From the NCBI GenBank assembly GCA_964542785.1, contig CAZIUK010000003.1:12946-76945 (forward strand): a stretch of 64,000 bases of DNA. Reading direction: 5' to 3'. Below, in pieces: positions 1-9,348 of the stretch. A model generated the notes under the pieces. That model saw nothing but the letters and a program-made list of their open reading frames with translations. It searched no databases and had not been told where the DNA came from. Source of the DNA: an uncultured Planctomycetales bacterium (GTDB taxonomy: Bacteria; Omnitrophota; Gorgyraeia; Gygaellales; Profunditerraquicolaceae). Positions within the stretch are counted from its first letter, which is position 1. Each line of letters opens with the position of its first letter. The translations under genes and the position numbers were made by a program.

Positions 1-3000
1 ATTAGTATGCGTTCTTTAGAAGATTTTAAGCTTAAAAAGAACCCACACGGGCAATACCGAGTAGATGATTTTTATTCTGTTTTAAAATATCTTAAATCTG
101 AATATCCCGAAGATATTTTATTTCTCTTTACCTCAACCGATTTAACTTCAAAATTTTATAGCCTAGTCCCTTATTACATCTTTGGCCGGGCGTGGATAGA
201 AGATAAAGTAATAGTTACCTCTATTTATCAATTCCATTCTTTTTCTGCTGAATTATTCAAAGAGCGTATTTATAAGCAGATTCTTCATGAATTAGGTCAT
301 ATATTAGGGCTTGATGATTGTCTTGATTCTAATTGTGCTATGCGTTTTTCTAGAAATATTATGGAATTGGATGAGAGAAAAAAAGAGTTTTGTAGCGGAT
401 GCAGGGGTTTTCTTAAGGTAGAATTAAGCAATTTCCGTGAGAATGACGGCGCTTATACCGCTAATAGTATTTATCTAATAGGGTCAGAAAAAGGCTTACA
501 GGGTGTTAGTTATTTTAGCCTTTATCTTTCGGGATCTGAGGATAAAGAAGGGTTTTTTGGCAATCTTACTAAGCAAGTGGTAGCTTACCATGGGTATAAA
601 GAGGTTGTAGAGTATGAATGTAGCCTGCAAGTTCATCAAAAAGCATTGCACGATATTTATGCAAAAGAGGTTAATTTTAAGACAGGATTAAGAAGGGATT
701 TAGAAACTTTAAAGAGACCTAGATTACCTAAAGAAACTAAAATAGAAAATGTATATCCTTTTAGGCTTTACAGCAAAGAGAGGATTGTAAGTAAGGCAGA
801 TATAGAAAACATAGAGTATTTAAAAGAAAGTCTAAAACGAAATATATACTACGTTAATGCTCCGTCGTTAAGAAAAGATCAGATTATTTTTAGGGTTAAG
901 GACCTTGTTAAAATAGTTTCGTTTATTAAAGCAGAAATAAACAAGCGTCTTCCCAAATTACAGATAATAAATATTTCTGTTTATGGGTCATATCTTTTTA
1001 GCGATGAGGAAGTTGTCCCAAGCGATATAGATATAATTGTTATTGTTGGCGGGAATTACTTTAGTACCGGCATTGAGATCCCGATTAGCCGTTTATGGAT
1101 ACCTTCTTTTGGCAATCTACGTTTGGCTAAGCAGTTTTCTATTTATGTTATGGGCGACGAAAATCTTAAGGACGGCATTTTGGATGAGACTGCAATTTTT
1201 AGCCCGCAGGAAAAAGTTAGATGGCTTGCAACGCAGAAGAGAGTTGTTGAGAATACCTCTTTTGTTTTATACAGAAGGAATGTTGTTTTAGACGGTTGTG
1301 ATTTTATAGCAAACGAAGAGATTTACCGCAGAAATATCTTAGCGCGTGTTTACGACCTTCTTTATAATGCCTACCGTAGGATGTATCTTCATCAACTTAA
1401 GACTAATGAAAAAGAGTTTGAAAGGTTTAAAATTGCTACTACTCGCTTATTAGACGCAGCATTATTTTTAAAAGACCATAAGCCTGTTAGTTTTGATTGC
1501 GAGGAGATATTTAACTTAAGAAAGAGGTTTGAAGAGACCTACGTGATAGACCGTAAGATGGCAAAGTTGGAAGTTCAAAGGGCATGGGTTCAATTATCAG
1601 AGGAATACTCTAGATTTTTAGGAGTTTCTAATTACCGCGATAATGGAGGCAGTTATAAAAATACAAAGCAGGGGTATAGTTGCCCTTTTTTTACAGTAGA
1701 TAGACATCAGGAGGCGTATACCCTAATTCAAGAGTATGTAAAGATAATTGATAAGCTACCTGTACTTATTAACTTTGATGCTCGTTTTGATATAGGGCAA
1801 ACAATTCCGCTTTTAATTGCAGGCCGTAATTGGATATCTTTCCTATTGGATAGTAAGCTAATCCGGAGTTGTTATTTTATTTCAAACAGGCCTAAGTATA
1901 GTAGCTTTATTTTGCATTATGACAATAAAGGAATGATTTTAAAGAGCAATAGTCTAAATTCTTTAGATTGCGCTGAAGAGAATGCTATTGTCAGCATTGA
2001 CTTAGACTATATTATTTCGAAAGATATTCCGGAAGAGATAGACGAAAGTAGGATAGCTTTAGTGGTTAATAGTATATTTAGAATTTTGCGGGAGAATAAT
2101 ATAAAGCCTTCTATGGTTATTGTATTGCGTTCTTCGGACTCCATTCTATCCGCTTTAGAGTGGAGAGCAAGGGCGAGGATTGAATCTTGTTTTCTAGAAT
2201 TTTTTGTGGAGATTAGAAGGAATACCGAATTAGAAAACGAGGCACAAGCTAGGCAGAAGGTTTTAAATAAGGCTACCCTTAAGAAGATAAAAGAGGAGGA
2301 TAATGCTAAGATAAGTATAGTCCTTGGTAATAAGTTAAGGACTTTTACTCTTTATAGATGGGTTAGGATATTTGATAGCATCCTTTTTTCTCTTGATAAA
2401 GAGAGTTCTTCCTTAAAGGGAATGGTTAAAGATATAGAAAGTTTCCGGTTTAGCAATAATTGCTTATCTAAAATACAGGGTTTTATGAATTTGGTAAAAG
2501 ACTCAAGGTTAGAGGAGAAAAAAGAGTCTTTCAGGAGGCTCCTTGTTGCTAAAGAGTTTATAGGGTTAGGAAGGGTTAATTTGGCGGTAGAATCAATGCA
2601 GGCGGTAGCTTTGTTAATAAGGTCGCGTATTGCTGATATTGAGTCTATGAGAGAGAGATTGTTTAAAGTTAGAAAAGAGCTTTTAACATTATCTAAAAAT
2701 AGATTGGAGAGGGTTCAAGGAGCTATTAGAGAAGTAACGGCAGGTTATTGCTATTCTAAAGATAGTAGTTATCTTAAGCAGTCTTTATTTCGGCTATTTA
2801 GATGGCCTTTTTTAGGGGAGCCGGATTTTATAGGGGTACGTAATCAGATTAAGCGCTTAGGAATAATCGTAAATAATCTGCAAAAGAATAAAGCTAGAGG
2901 GCTTCTTTTTGAAAGATTAAAGTTGATAGAGTCTATTTTATCTGAGGCGTTATTAGAGAATGAGTTTACAACAGATTATAGAAATAAGGTTAAATCTTTT

Positions 3001-3423
3001 AGCGGGAGGTTAGAAGAGTTTGATGTTTTATTTAAGGAGTGGGCCGTAAAAAATAGCCTTATTCGAGGCTCTCCGAGGTATTGGAGGGCGCGCCTCTTTA
3101 AGGCTCTCTTTATCTCGGAGAAATCCCCTTGTTTTGCTGCCTGCGATACTATGCTCTTAGTCATCAAGGTTACGAATTTTAGGTTGATTATTCATAGTTT
3201 AATTAAAAATAACCGCTCTAATCTTTTAGGGTTTATTCTTGGTTTTTTAAAATCAAACCCAGATATGCATTGCGCAAAAGATATTACCGGTAAAAATAGG
3301 AATCAATTCCTTATGGAGCTTATAGCAAATGCCTCTTCTGATTTTAATTTATTAGAAAAAGCCAAGGCAGAAGATATAGTAAACCTTTATAAGGCGTTTT
3401 TAATCAAGTTTCCTGGAAAATAG
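1..3423 (+). CDS. Multidomain protein (possibly 5'-partial): N-terminal archaemetzincin-like zinc metallopeptidase, central Pol-beta-type nucleotidyltransferase, long C-terminal helical region
   Basis: HELGHILGLDDCLDSNCAMRF...CSGC fits the archaemetzincin HEXXHXXGX3CX4C...CXXC signature. GSYLFSDEEVVPSDIDIIVIV fits the minimal NTase G[SG]..D.D motif. RRMYLH (Rx4H) follows the NTase. The frame stays open to nt 1, so the start may lie upstream of the window. Confidence 0.6.
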   Translation: MSMRSLEDFKLKKNPHGQYRVDDFYSVLKYLKSEYPEDILFLFTSTDLTSKFYSLVPYYIFGRAWIEDKVIVTSIYQFHSFSAELFKERIYKQILHELGHILGLDDCLDSNCAMRFSRNIMELDERKKEFCSGCRGFLKVELSNFRENDGAYTANSIYLIGSEKGLQGVSYFSLYLSGSEDKEGFFGNLTKQVVAYHGYKEVVEYECSLQVHQKALHDIYAKEVNFKTGLRRDLETLKRPRLPKETKIENVYPFRLYSKERIVSKADIENIEYLKESLKRNIYYVNAPSLRKDQIIFRVKDLVKIVSFIKAEINKRLPKLQIINISVYGSYLFSDEEVVPSDIDIIVIVGGNYFSTGIEIPISRLWIPSFGNLRLAKQFSIYVMGDENLKDGILDETAIFSPQEKVRWLATQKRVVENTSFVLYRRNVVLDGCDFIANEEIYRRNILARVYDLLYNAYRRMYLHQLKTNEKEFERFKIATTRLLDAALFLKDHKPVSFDCEEIFNLRKRFEETYVIDRKMAKLEVQRAWVQLSEEYSRFLGVSNYRDNGGSYKNTKQGYSCPFFTVDRHQEAYTLIQEYVKIIDKLPVLINFDARFDIGQTIPLLIAGRNWISFLLDSKLIRSCYFISNRPKYSSFILHYDNKGMILKSNSLNSLDCAEENAIVSIDLDYIISKDIPEEIDESRIALVVNSIFRILRENNIKPSMVIVLRSSDSILSALEWRARARIESCFLEFFVEIRRNTELENEAQARQKVLNKATLKKIKEEDNAKISIVLGNKLRTFTLYRWVRIFDSILFSLDKESSSLKGMVKDIESFRFSNNCLSKIQGFMNLVKDSRLEEKKESFRRLLVAKEFIGLGRVNLAVESMQAVALLIRSRIADIESMRERLFKVRKELLTLSKNRLERVQGAIREVTAGYCYSKDSSYLKQSLFRLFRWPFLGEPDFIGVRNQIKRLGIIVNNLQKNKARGLLFERLKLIESILSEALLENEFTTDYRNKVKSFSGRLEEFDVLFKEWAVKNSLIRGSPRYWRARLFKALFISEKSPCFAACDTMLLVIKVTNFRLIIHSLIKNNRSNLLGFILGFLKSNPDMHCAKDITGKNRNQFLMELIANASSDFNLLEKAKAEDIVNLYKAFLIKFPGK

Positions 3424-3588
3424 GGGGGTCTTTTTTGTAAGGGGGAAGGATTTGCAAGAAATTAAGAAGGGTTTTGTTTTTTATTTTAGAAGAGTAGTTG
3501 TTTGTTTCTGTTATATTGTATCGGAGTTTATGATATAATAATTTAGAGTTTAAGCAGGAAAAGCTACAGAGAGAAAGGATGTTAGAGT

Positions 3589-3945
3589 ATGGATGAGCGT
3601 AGAGCTTACCCTAGGATGAGAGTGGATAAAAATGCGGCTTGTACGATTGAAAACCGCTTTACTCCGCTTGCCTGTAATGTTGATGATATAAGTTTAAGTG
3701 GAGTAAGGATTACGATGTCAAAGAATCTTTTCCCGGAGGCTTTTTCTAATATAACCCTGGATATTCCGGAAACTTTATCTTTTAATGTCGGAACGCATGT
3801 CGCCTGGCATGATGAATACGAAGGAAAAAACACATATGGCCTTGCCTTCAATAGGTTAGATGATGGGGATAGAGATAAAATAGCCATTTTTATAAAAGAT
3901 AATTTGTTTAAGACTTTAAGTAAAGAATGGTGGAGGGGCTTATAA
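3589..3945 (+). CDS. PilZ-domain protein (predicted c-di-GMP receptor)
   Basis: RRAYPR (RxxxR) and DISLSGVRI (DxSxxG) motifs at PilZ spacing; 118 aa. Confidence 0.55.
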   Translation: MDERRAYPRMRVDKNAACTIENRFTPLACNVDDISLSGVRITMSKNLFPEAFSNITLDIPETLSFNVGTHVAWHDEYEGKNTYGLAFNRLDDGDRDKIAIFIKDNLFKTLSKEWWRGL

Positions 3946-3946
3946 T

Positions 3947-4633
3947 ATGTATGAACGCAGGAAGATATCCAGATGGCGCATTGATAAGCCGGCGAGGATT
4001 AAGTTTGAAGGATCCGTTTCTTTTATTGATTGCTTGGTCAAAGATATTAATTTTAAAGGCATGCAGATTGTAATGCCTTTAAGATTTAAGGCAGATACTT
4101 ATATAAAATTTAAGTTAAAATTGTCAGATCTTTTTTCTATAGAGAGTGAGGCATGGATAGCTTGGCATAAAAATAGCGATAGGCATAACATTTACGGCTT
4201 TTTATTTACAAGACTTACTGATGCAGATAAAGAAGTTATTTATAAATTTGTTTATCAGAGTGTCCCTGAAGCAATTTCGCATAATTTGTGGAAGGATGCT
4301 TTAAGGGAAGGAGGTGAAGATATGAATGACCGTAGGGTTTTCCAGAGGTTTAATATTCGTTTTTCTGTTAGGTTGTTTGATTTAAATAGCGGATATGAGT
4401 TTACCGGAGAGACAAGCGATATAAGCGCTAAAGGTCTAGGGGTATGGTTAAAAGACGATATACCTCCTAATACTCCTTTGGAGGCTTGGCTGAAGATCCC
4501 CGATAAAGGTGAACCTTTATACACAAGGGGGAGCGTGGCCTGGTCAAAGCCTGACCTTCAGGGTGAACACCGTTTAGGCATAAGCCTTGAACGGGCTGAC
4601 CTTATGGGTTTATCTAGGATATTGAGGATTTAG
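3947..4633 (+). CDS. Tandem PilZ-domain protein
   Basis: Two RxxxR...DxS/NxxG units (RRKISR/DINFKG and RRVFQR/DISAKG); starts 2 nt after the preceding PilZ gene. Confidence 0.55.
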   Translation: MYERRKISRWRIDKPARIKFEGSVSFIDCLVKDINFKGMQIVMPLRFKADTYIKFKLKLSDLFSIESEAWIAWHKNSDRHNIYGFLFTRLTDADKEVIYKFVYQSVPEAISHNLWKDALREGGEDMNDRRVFQRFNIRFSVRLFDLNSGYEFTGETSDISAKGLGVWLKDDIPPNTPLEAWLKIPDKGEPLYTRGSVAWSKPDLQGEHRLGISLERADLMGLSRILRI

Positions 4634-4670
4634 AAAAATATTTTAAAAATTTTAATCAGATTATAAAAAT

Positions 4671-5981
4671 ATGATAAGATCTAAGTTTTGCCTCTTTATT
4701 TTTGGTACTTTTTTTGCGTTTGCGATAGTATTATCAGGCTGTCTGCAAAAAAACAGGATAGATAAACCTACCCTTACTCTCTGGCATTGGATGACTGACC
4801 GAGAAACTCCCTTTAAAGAGTTAGCTAAAAAGTATGAAGCTAAGACAGGGATAAAGATAAACCTTGAGCTTTATGCGCCCTCAGAGGCTTATGCGCAAAA
4901 GGTGCGTGTTGCAGCACAAGGAGCAAACCTGCCTGATATCTTTGCCATCTTAGGGGAAAAGAGGGATCTTGCATCTTTTATTAAAGCCGGGCTTATCCTC
5001 GATCTTACCTCTTATATGCAAGAAGATTCCTTTAGGTGGGAGGGGCTTTTTTATCCTAAGGCGATAGCTGTAAATAGTTTTAGCAAGGATGACAGCTATG
5101 GAGTTAGTCCAGGGATTTATGGCGTGCCGATAGATATAATGACTATTCAAATGCTTTATAATAAGTCTTTATTTAAGAGCCTGGGGTTAAATCCGAATAA
5201 CCCCCCGAAAGATTTTACAGAAATTTTAAATATAGCAAAGAAGATTAAGGAAGAAGGTTTGCAAGGGTTTGTTTCCGGCTTTAGCGAGGTATGGTTGGTT
5301 TATTGCTTTGCCGAAAACTATGCCTTTAATATTATGGGTCCGGAAAAGATGTTAGCTACCATAAAAGGAGAGGTTCCTTATACTGATTCAGACTGGGTTA
5401 GAGTTTTAGAATTATTTAAGGATATGCAGGAATCCGGACTGTTGGCTAAGGGGATAGTTACTATGGTTAATAAGACCGCTGAACAGCTTTTTGCTAATGA
5501 GAAGGCGGTATTTGCTTTTAATGGCTCTTGGTCTGTAAATGTCTATAAAGCGATGAACCCAAAATTAAATTACGATGTTTTTTTTCCTCCTCGGGCAAGC
5601 TATAATTATCCTATGGTTATAAGGGGAGGGGCTGGTTCTTCATTTGTGGTTAATGCACGTTCGCCTAATAAAAAAGAGGCGGTAAATTTTTTACGTTGGC
5701 TTACTGAAGATGAGCAGCAGGTATATCTATCTGAAGCAACTAATAATCTTCCAGCGAATAAAAAGGCAACAGGTTCCCTAAGTGGAGTTTTAGCCGGTTT
5801 TGCCAAGGGTATAGATAGCGCCATACATCCTAATCTTTGGGAAGAAAGGGAATCGTCGTCGGTAATTGATGCTTTTGGCAGGGGGGTGCAGTCAATTATT
5901 ATAGGCAAGAAGACTCCTGAAGAGGCGGCTTTAGAGATCCAGAAGATAAAAGAGAAGGAGTTAATTAGAAAGCGCAAATAA
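4671..5981 (+). CDS. ABC transporter substrate-binding lipoprotein (family 1, sugar/oligosaccharide)
   Basis: Signal peptide with lipobox (LSGC); size and composition typical of sugar-binding proteins; followed by two permease genes. Confidence 0.75.
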   Translation: MIRSKFCLFIFGTFFAFAIVLSGCLQKNRIDKPTLTLWHWMTDRETPFKELAKKYEAKTGIKINLELYAPSEAYAQKVRVAAQGANLPDIFAILGEKRDLASFIKAGLILDLTSYMQEDSFRWEGLFYPKAIAVNSFSKDDSYGVSPGIYGVPIDIMTIQMLYNKSLFKSLGLNPNNPPKDFTEILNIAKKIKEEGLQGFVSGFSEVWLVYCFAENYAFNIMGPEKMLATIKGEVPYTDSDWVRVLELFKDMQESGLLAKGIVTMVNKTAEQLFANEKAVFAFNGSWSVNVYKAMNPKLNYDVFFPPRASYNYPMVIRGGAGSSFVVNARSPNKKEAVNFLRWLTEDEQQVYLSEATNNLPANKKATGSLSGVLAGFAKGIDSAIHPNLWEERESSSVIDAFGRGVQSIIIGKKTPEEAALEIQKIKEKELIRKRK

Positions 5982-5982
5982 G

Positions 5983-6864
5983 ATGAAGTTAGGGCCTAAT
6001 TTAGAAAATTATGCTTTGATTTTCCCGGCGTTATTGATCTTCTCTATATTTTATATCATTCCTTTTATATGGATTTTTCAGTTAAGTTTTTTTGATTGGG
6101 ACGGGATATTGCCCTATAAGTCTTTTTGCGCTCTGGCTAACTTCAAGGAGGTTCTTTTTGAGGATTTTAGTTTTTGGCAATCTATGCGTAACGCAGGGTA
6201 TATTACTCTTGTAGCGCTCTCTTTTCAGAATCTTTTAGCGTTCTTGTTAGCTTTGGCGTGTGACCGTCAGATACGTATGAAGAATTTTTATCAAGCGGTA
6301 TTTTTTATCCCCCCTATACTCTCTGAAATAGTTGTAGGTATAGTATGGCGTTTTATCATTAGCGATGTTGAAGGAGCTAATATAGTTAACCGTATCCTCT
6401 GCGGGATTGGGCTGCAAGAGCTTGCGCGCAACTGGTTGGCTGATCCTGATATTGCGCTTACCACTATATCTATAGTGCATAGCTGGAAGGGGTTTGGCTG
6501 GGGATTTTTAATCTTTCTTGCCGGGCTACAAACTATCCCTAAAGAGCTTTACGAGGCGGCGCGCATTGACGGGGCTAATGCTTGGGATTCCTTTAAAAAG
6601 ATTACCCTTCCTTCAATGGTGCCGGTAATAGTATTAGTATCAATATTAACAATTTTAGGGACGATGCAGGCATTTGCATTGATTATAGGGCTTGTAGGAG
6701 GGGAGTTTGCCGGGCATACCTCGGTTCCGGTTTTAAGGATATTAGCGGTTATGCGCGATTCATCGCGCTTTGGCTATGCCTGCGCACAAGGGTTGATCTT
6801 TGGGGCAGTTTTGGTAATAATCTCATTTATGCAATATAGGTTTTCTGGTAAATATCGTAAATAA
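5983..6864 (+). CDS. ABC transporter permease (MalF/UgpA-like)
   Basis: Six predicted TM helices; EAA loop motif ELYEAARIDGANAWDSFKKITLP. Confidence 0.85.
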   Translation: MKLGPNLENYALIFPALLIFSIFYIIPFIWIFQLSFFDWDGILPYKSFCALANFKEVLFEDFSFWQSMRNAGYITLVALSFQNLLAFLLALACDRQIRMKNFYQAVFFIPPILSEIVVGIVWRFIISDVEGANIVNRILCGIGLQELARNWLADPDIALTTISIVHSWKGFGWGFLIFLAGLQTIPKELYEAARIDGANAWDSFKKITLPSMVPVIVLVSILTILGTMQAFALIIGLVGGEFAGHTSVPVLRILAVMRDSSRFGYACAQGLIFGAVLVIISFMQYRFSGKYRK

Positions 6865-7712
6865 TGGAAAGCGCTGTTTATTATAAAATAAAAAGATTTA
6901 TACAAGGTTTTTTTACGCACCTATTCCTTATCAGCGTGGCTTTAACCTGTCTGTATCCTTTACTATGGATATTCTTTGGTAGTTTTAAGACACAAGAGAG
7001 TATTTTTAATAGTATCTCGATTATCCCTGAAAAATTTCATTTTGAAAATTATTATTTTGCGTTAATTAAAAGTGATTTTAGCCGTTATTTTTTTAATAGC
7101 GTTTTCTATACTATTATCGTAGTAATTGCGGTAGTAATCATTTCTTCAATGGCAGGGTATGCCTTTAGCCGTTTGCGTTTCTTTGGGAGAAGGGCGGTAT
7201 TTTTAATATTTATAGCAGCGATGATGATTCCTTTACCCGGAAGTTTCGTAGCCCTATTTATCCTATTAAATAAATTGCATCTGCGCGATACTCCTTTAGG
7301 GTATATTTTATGTATGGTTAATGCCGGGCTGCCCGTAAGCATATTTTTGCTAAAGACATTTTTTGACACGATGCCTAAAGAGATTGAAGATGCCGCGCGC
7401 ATTGACGGTTGTTCTAAAATAGGTATTTGGCGGCATATAGCCTTGCCGCTTGCGCGGCCTGCCCTAGCGGTAGTAATTATTATTAACGTTTTAAATGTTT
7501 GGAATGAATATATCCTGGCTTTGGTAGTTTTTGACAACAAAAACTTTATGCCCCTTCAGCGGGCGTTAGTAGTTTTTCAGGGGGAGTTTTTAACTAACTA
7601 TCCGCTTTTAATGGCAGGACTTACCATAACAGTCATGCCCATAATTATTATCTATATCCTGATGCAAAAGCATATAGTCAAGGGGGTAACTTCCAAGGTC
7701 TTTTTTGGATAA
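6864..7712 (+). CDS. ABC transporter permease (MalG/UgpE-like)
   Basis: EAA loop EIEDAARIDGCSKIGIWRHIALPLARPA; start overlaps the stop of the upstream permease gene. Confidence 0.85.
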   Translation: MESAVYYKIKRFIQGFFTHLFLISVALTCLYPLLWIFFGSFKTQESIFNSISIIPEKFHFENYYFALIKSDFSRYFFNSVFYTIIVVIAVVIISSMAGYAFSRLRFFGRRAVFLIFIAAMMIPLPGSFVALFILLNKLHLRDTPLGYILCMVNAGLPVSIFLLKTFFDTMPKEIEDAARIDGCSKIGIWRHIALPLARPALAVVIIINVLNVWNEYILALVVFDNKNFMPLQRALVVFQGEFLTNYPLLMAGLTITVMPIIIIYILMQKHIVKGVTSKVFFG

Positions 7713-7720
7713 TAAATGTA

Positions 7721-7748
7721 TTTACAAGCATAGTAAATCTGTTATAAT
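7721..7748 (+). promoter_or_regulatory. Sigma70-like promoter: TTTACA, 16-bp spacer, extended -10 TGtTATAAT
   Basis: Read directly upstream of the MFS transporter gene; spacer 16 bp. Confidence 0.4.
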
Positions 7749-7824
7749 ATATTTCTTAATTTTTGCCTATTTTGGCTTTACCTAATATATTAACTGTAGT
7801 TATAAGAGAAAGGACAGGCAACTT

Positions 7825-9336
7825 ATGAGCCAGCTGGAGGGTCAAGTTAAGCACCATCTTACAGCGCCAGAAGACCGTATCTCTATTTTTCAGCAGTTTA
7901 TTTATAGCTTAGGCGGGTTTGCAAATACTGCGCAGGCTGCTTTTATCGGGCAGATGGTTATTGTCTTAAACTTAGGTTTAGGGGTAAACCCAGCCTTAGT
8001 TGGTTTGGTAGGAGCTATCCCGCGCATAGTGGATGCTATCTCAGACCCTATAACCGGGTATTTTTCCGATAATTTACGTACCCGTTGGGGGAGGCGTAAG
8101 CCAATGATATTTTTAGGGGCTATAACCGGAGGGATTTGTTTTGCCTTGATGTTTCAGCTTTACAAAGGGTACAGCGAGATGTTTTACTTCTGGTATTTTT
8201 TGATATTCCAAATCCTTTATTTTATAGGGTTTACCTGTTTTTCTATTCCTTGGATAGCTCTTGGTTATGAGATGACCCCTGATTACCATGAAAGGACGCG
8301 GCTGCAAGGCGCAAGTAATATCGCCGGGCAGTTACCTTGGCTTATTGCTCCTTGGTGTTGGGCTATTATGCATAATCAAGCATGGTTCCCAGATATAGTT
8401 TACGGGGGGAGGGTTCTCTCGGTTATTATTGGGACCATTATCGTTATTTTTGGTATTATGCCGGCAATCTTTAATAAGGAGCGTTTTTATGCCTTGCCAA
8501 AGCCTGATGTAAGGGGTGCTTTAAATGTAACAAAGAGCTTTTTTTCCGGAGCCCTCATTACCCTTAAATGTAAATCTTTTCTTAAGCTGTGTTTAGCTAC
8601 CCTGCTTATCTTTGGCGGGTTCATGTGTGCCTCAGCTTTTACGATTTACGTAGTCTTCTTTTATGTTTTTCAGAATGCTCCTATTCTTGATCAGGCCTAT
8701 GCGAAGGGGGGAATTTTACTTGGATTCTACGGGACCTTCAGCGCTATTTGTACGATGGGGGTAATTTTTGTGACTACGTGGCTTTCTAGAAAGCTCGGCA
8801 AGAGAAACGCATTTTTTGTTACTATACCTATTTCAATTATTGGTTATGCCTTAAAGTGGATAGGCTATAATCCACAGTATCCTTATTTGCTTTTTGTTGC
8901 TGCTCCTTTTATCGTTTTTGGATTAGGGTCTCTTTTTACTCTAATGAGCTCTATGGTAGCTGATGTCTGTGACCTAGATGAGCTTAATACGACTACCCGG
9001 CGTGAAGGCATGTTTAGTGCAGTTTATTGGTGGATGGTTAAGTTAGGGATTGCGCTCGCCTCGATTATTTCGGGGGTACTCATAAATGCAACCGGCTTTC
9101 GTCAAGAGCTTGGTTTATTCCAGTCTGTAGATACCTTGCTTTGGCTTAGGATTTATGATATAGGTATCCCTATAGTAACTTCCCTTATTGCTATTTTTAT
9201 TATTATGACTTTTGATATTTCTGAGTCTAGGGCGTGCGATATCCGCCAGCAGATAGAAAGACGCAGAGGAGAAAGGCGTGCAGAAGAAGAGAAACATATA
9301 GAAGAAGAAAGGCGTAAGGGAGAAAGAAGGAATTAA
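7825..9336 (+). CDS. MFS transporter, glycoside-pentoside-hexuronide:cation symporter family
   Basis: GPH signature DPITGYFSDNLRTRWGRRKP; 12 predicted TM helices; Arg/Glu-rich C-terminal tail. Confidence 0.7.
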   Translation: MSQLEGQVKHHLTAPEDRISIFQQFIYSLGGFANTAQAAFIGQMVIVLNLGLGVNPALVGLVGAIPRIVDAISDPITGYFSDNLRTRWGRRKPMIFLGAITGGICFALMFQLYKGYSEMFYFWYFLIFQILYFIGFTCFSIPWIALGYEMTPDYHERTRLQGASNIAGQLPWLIAPWCWAIMHNQAWFPDIVYGGRVLSVIIGTIIVIFGIMPAIFNKERFYALPKPDVRGALNVTKSFFSGALITLKCKSFLKLCLATLLIFGGFMCASAFTIYVVFFYVFQNAPILDQAYAKGGILLGFYGTFSAICTMGVIFVTTWLSRKLGKRNAFFVTIPISIIGYALKWIGYNPQYPYLLFVAAPFIVFGLGSLFTLMSSMVADVCDLDELNTTTRREGMFSAVYWWMVKLGIALASIISGVLINATGFRQELGLFQSVDTLLWLRIYDIGIPIVTSLIAIFIIMTFDISESRACDIRQQIERRRGERRAEEEKHIEEERRKGERRN

Positions 9337-9348
9337 GGTAATAGTACA

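Noticed and set aside
1037-9297. Other small internal ORFs (e.g. 1037-1291, 2976-3167, 3606-3887, 4255-4524, 5606-5977, 6247-6480, 7106-7540, 8113-8307, 9115-9297)
   Set aside because: Nested within or antisense to longer ORFs that carry recognisable motifs; no independent support.
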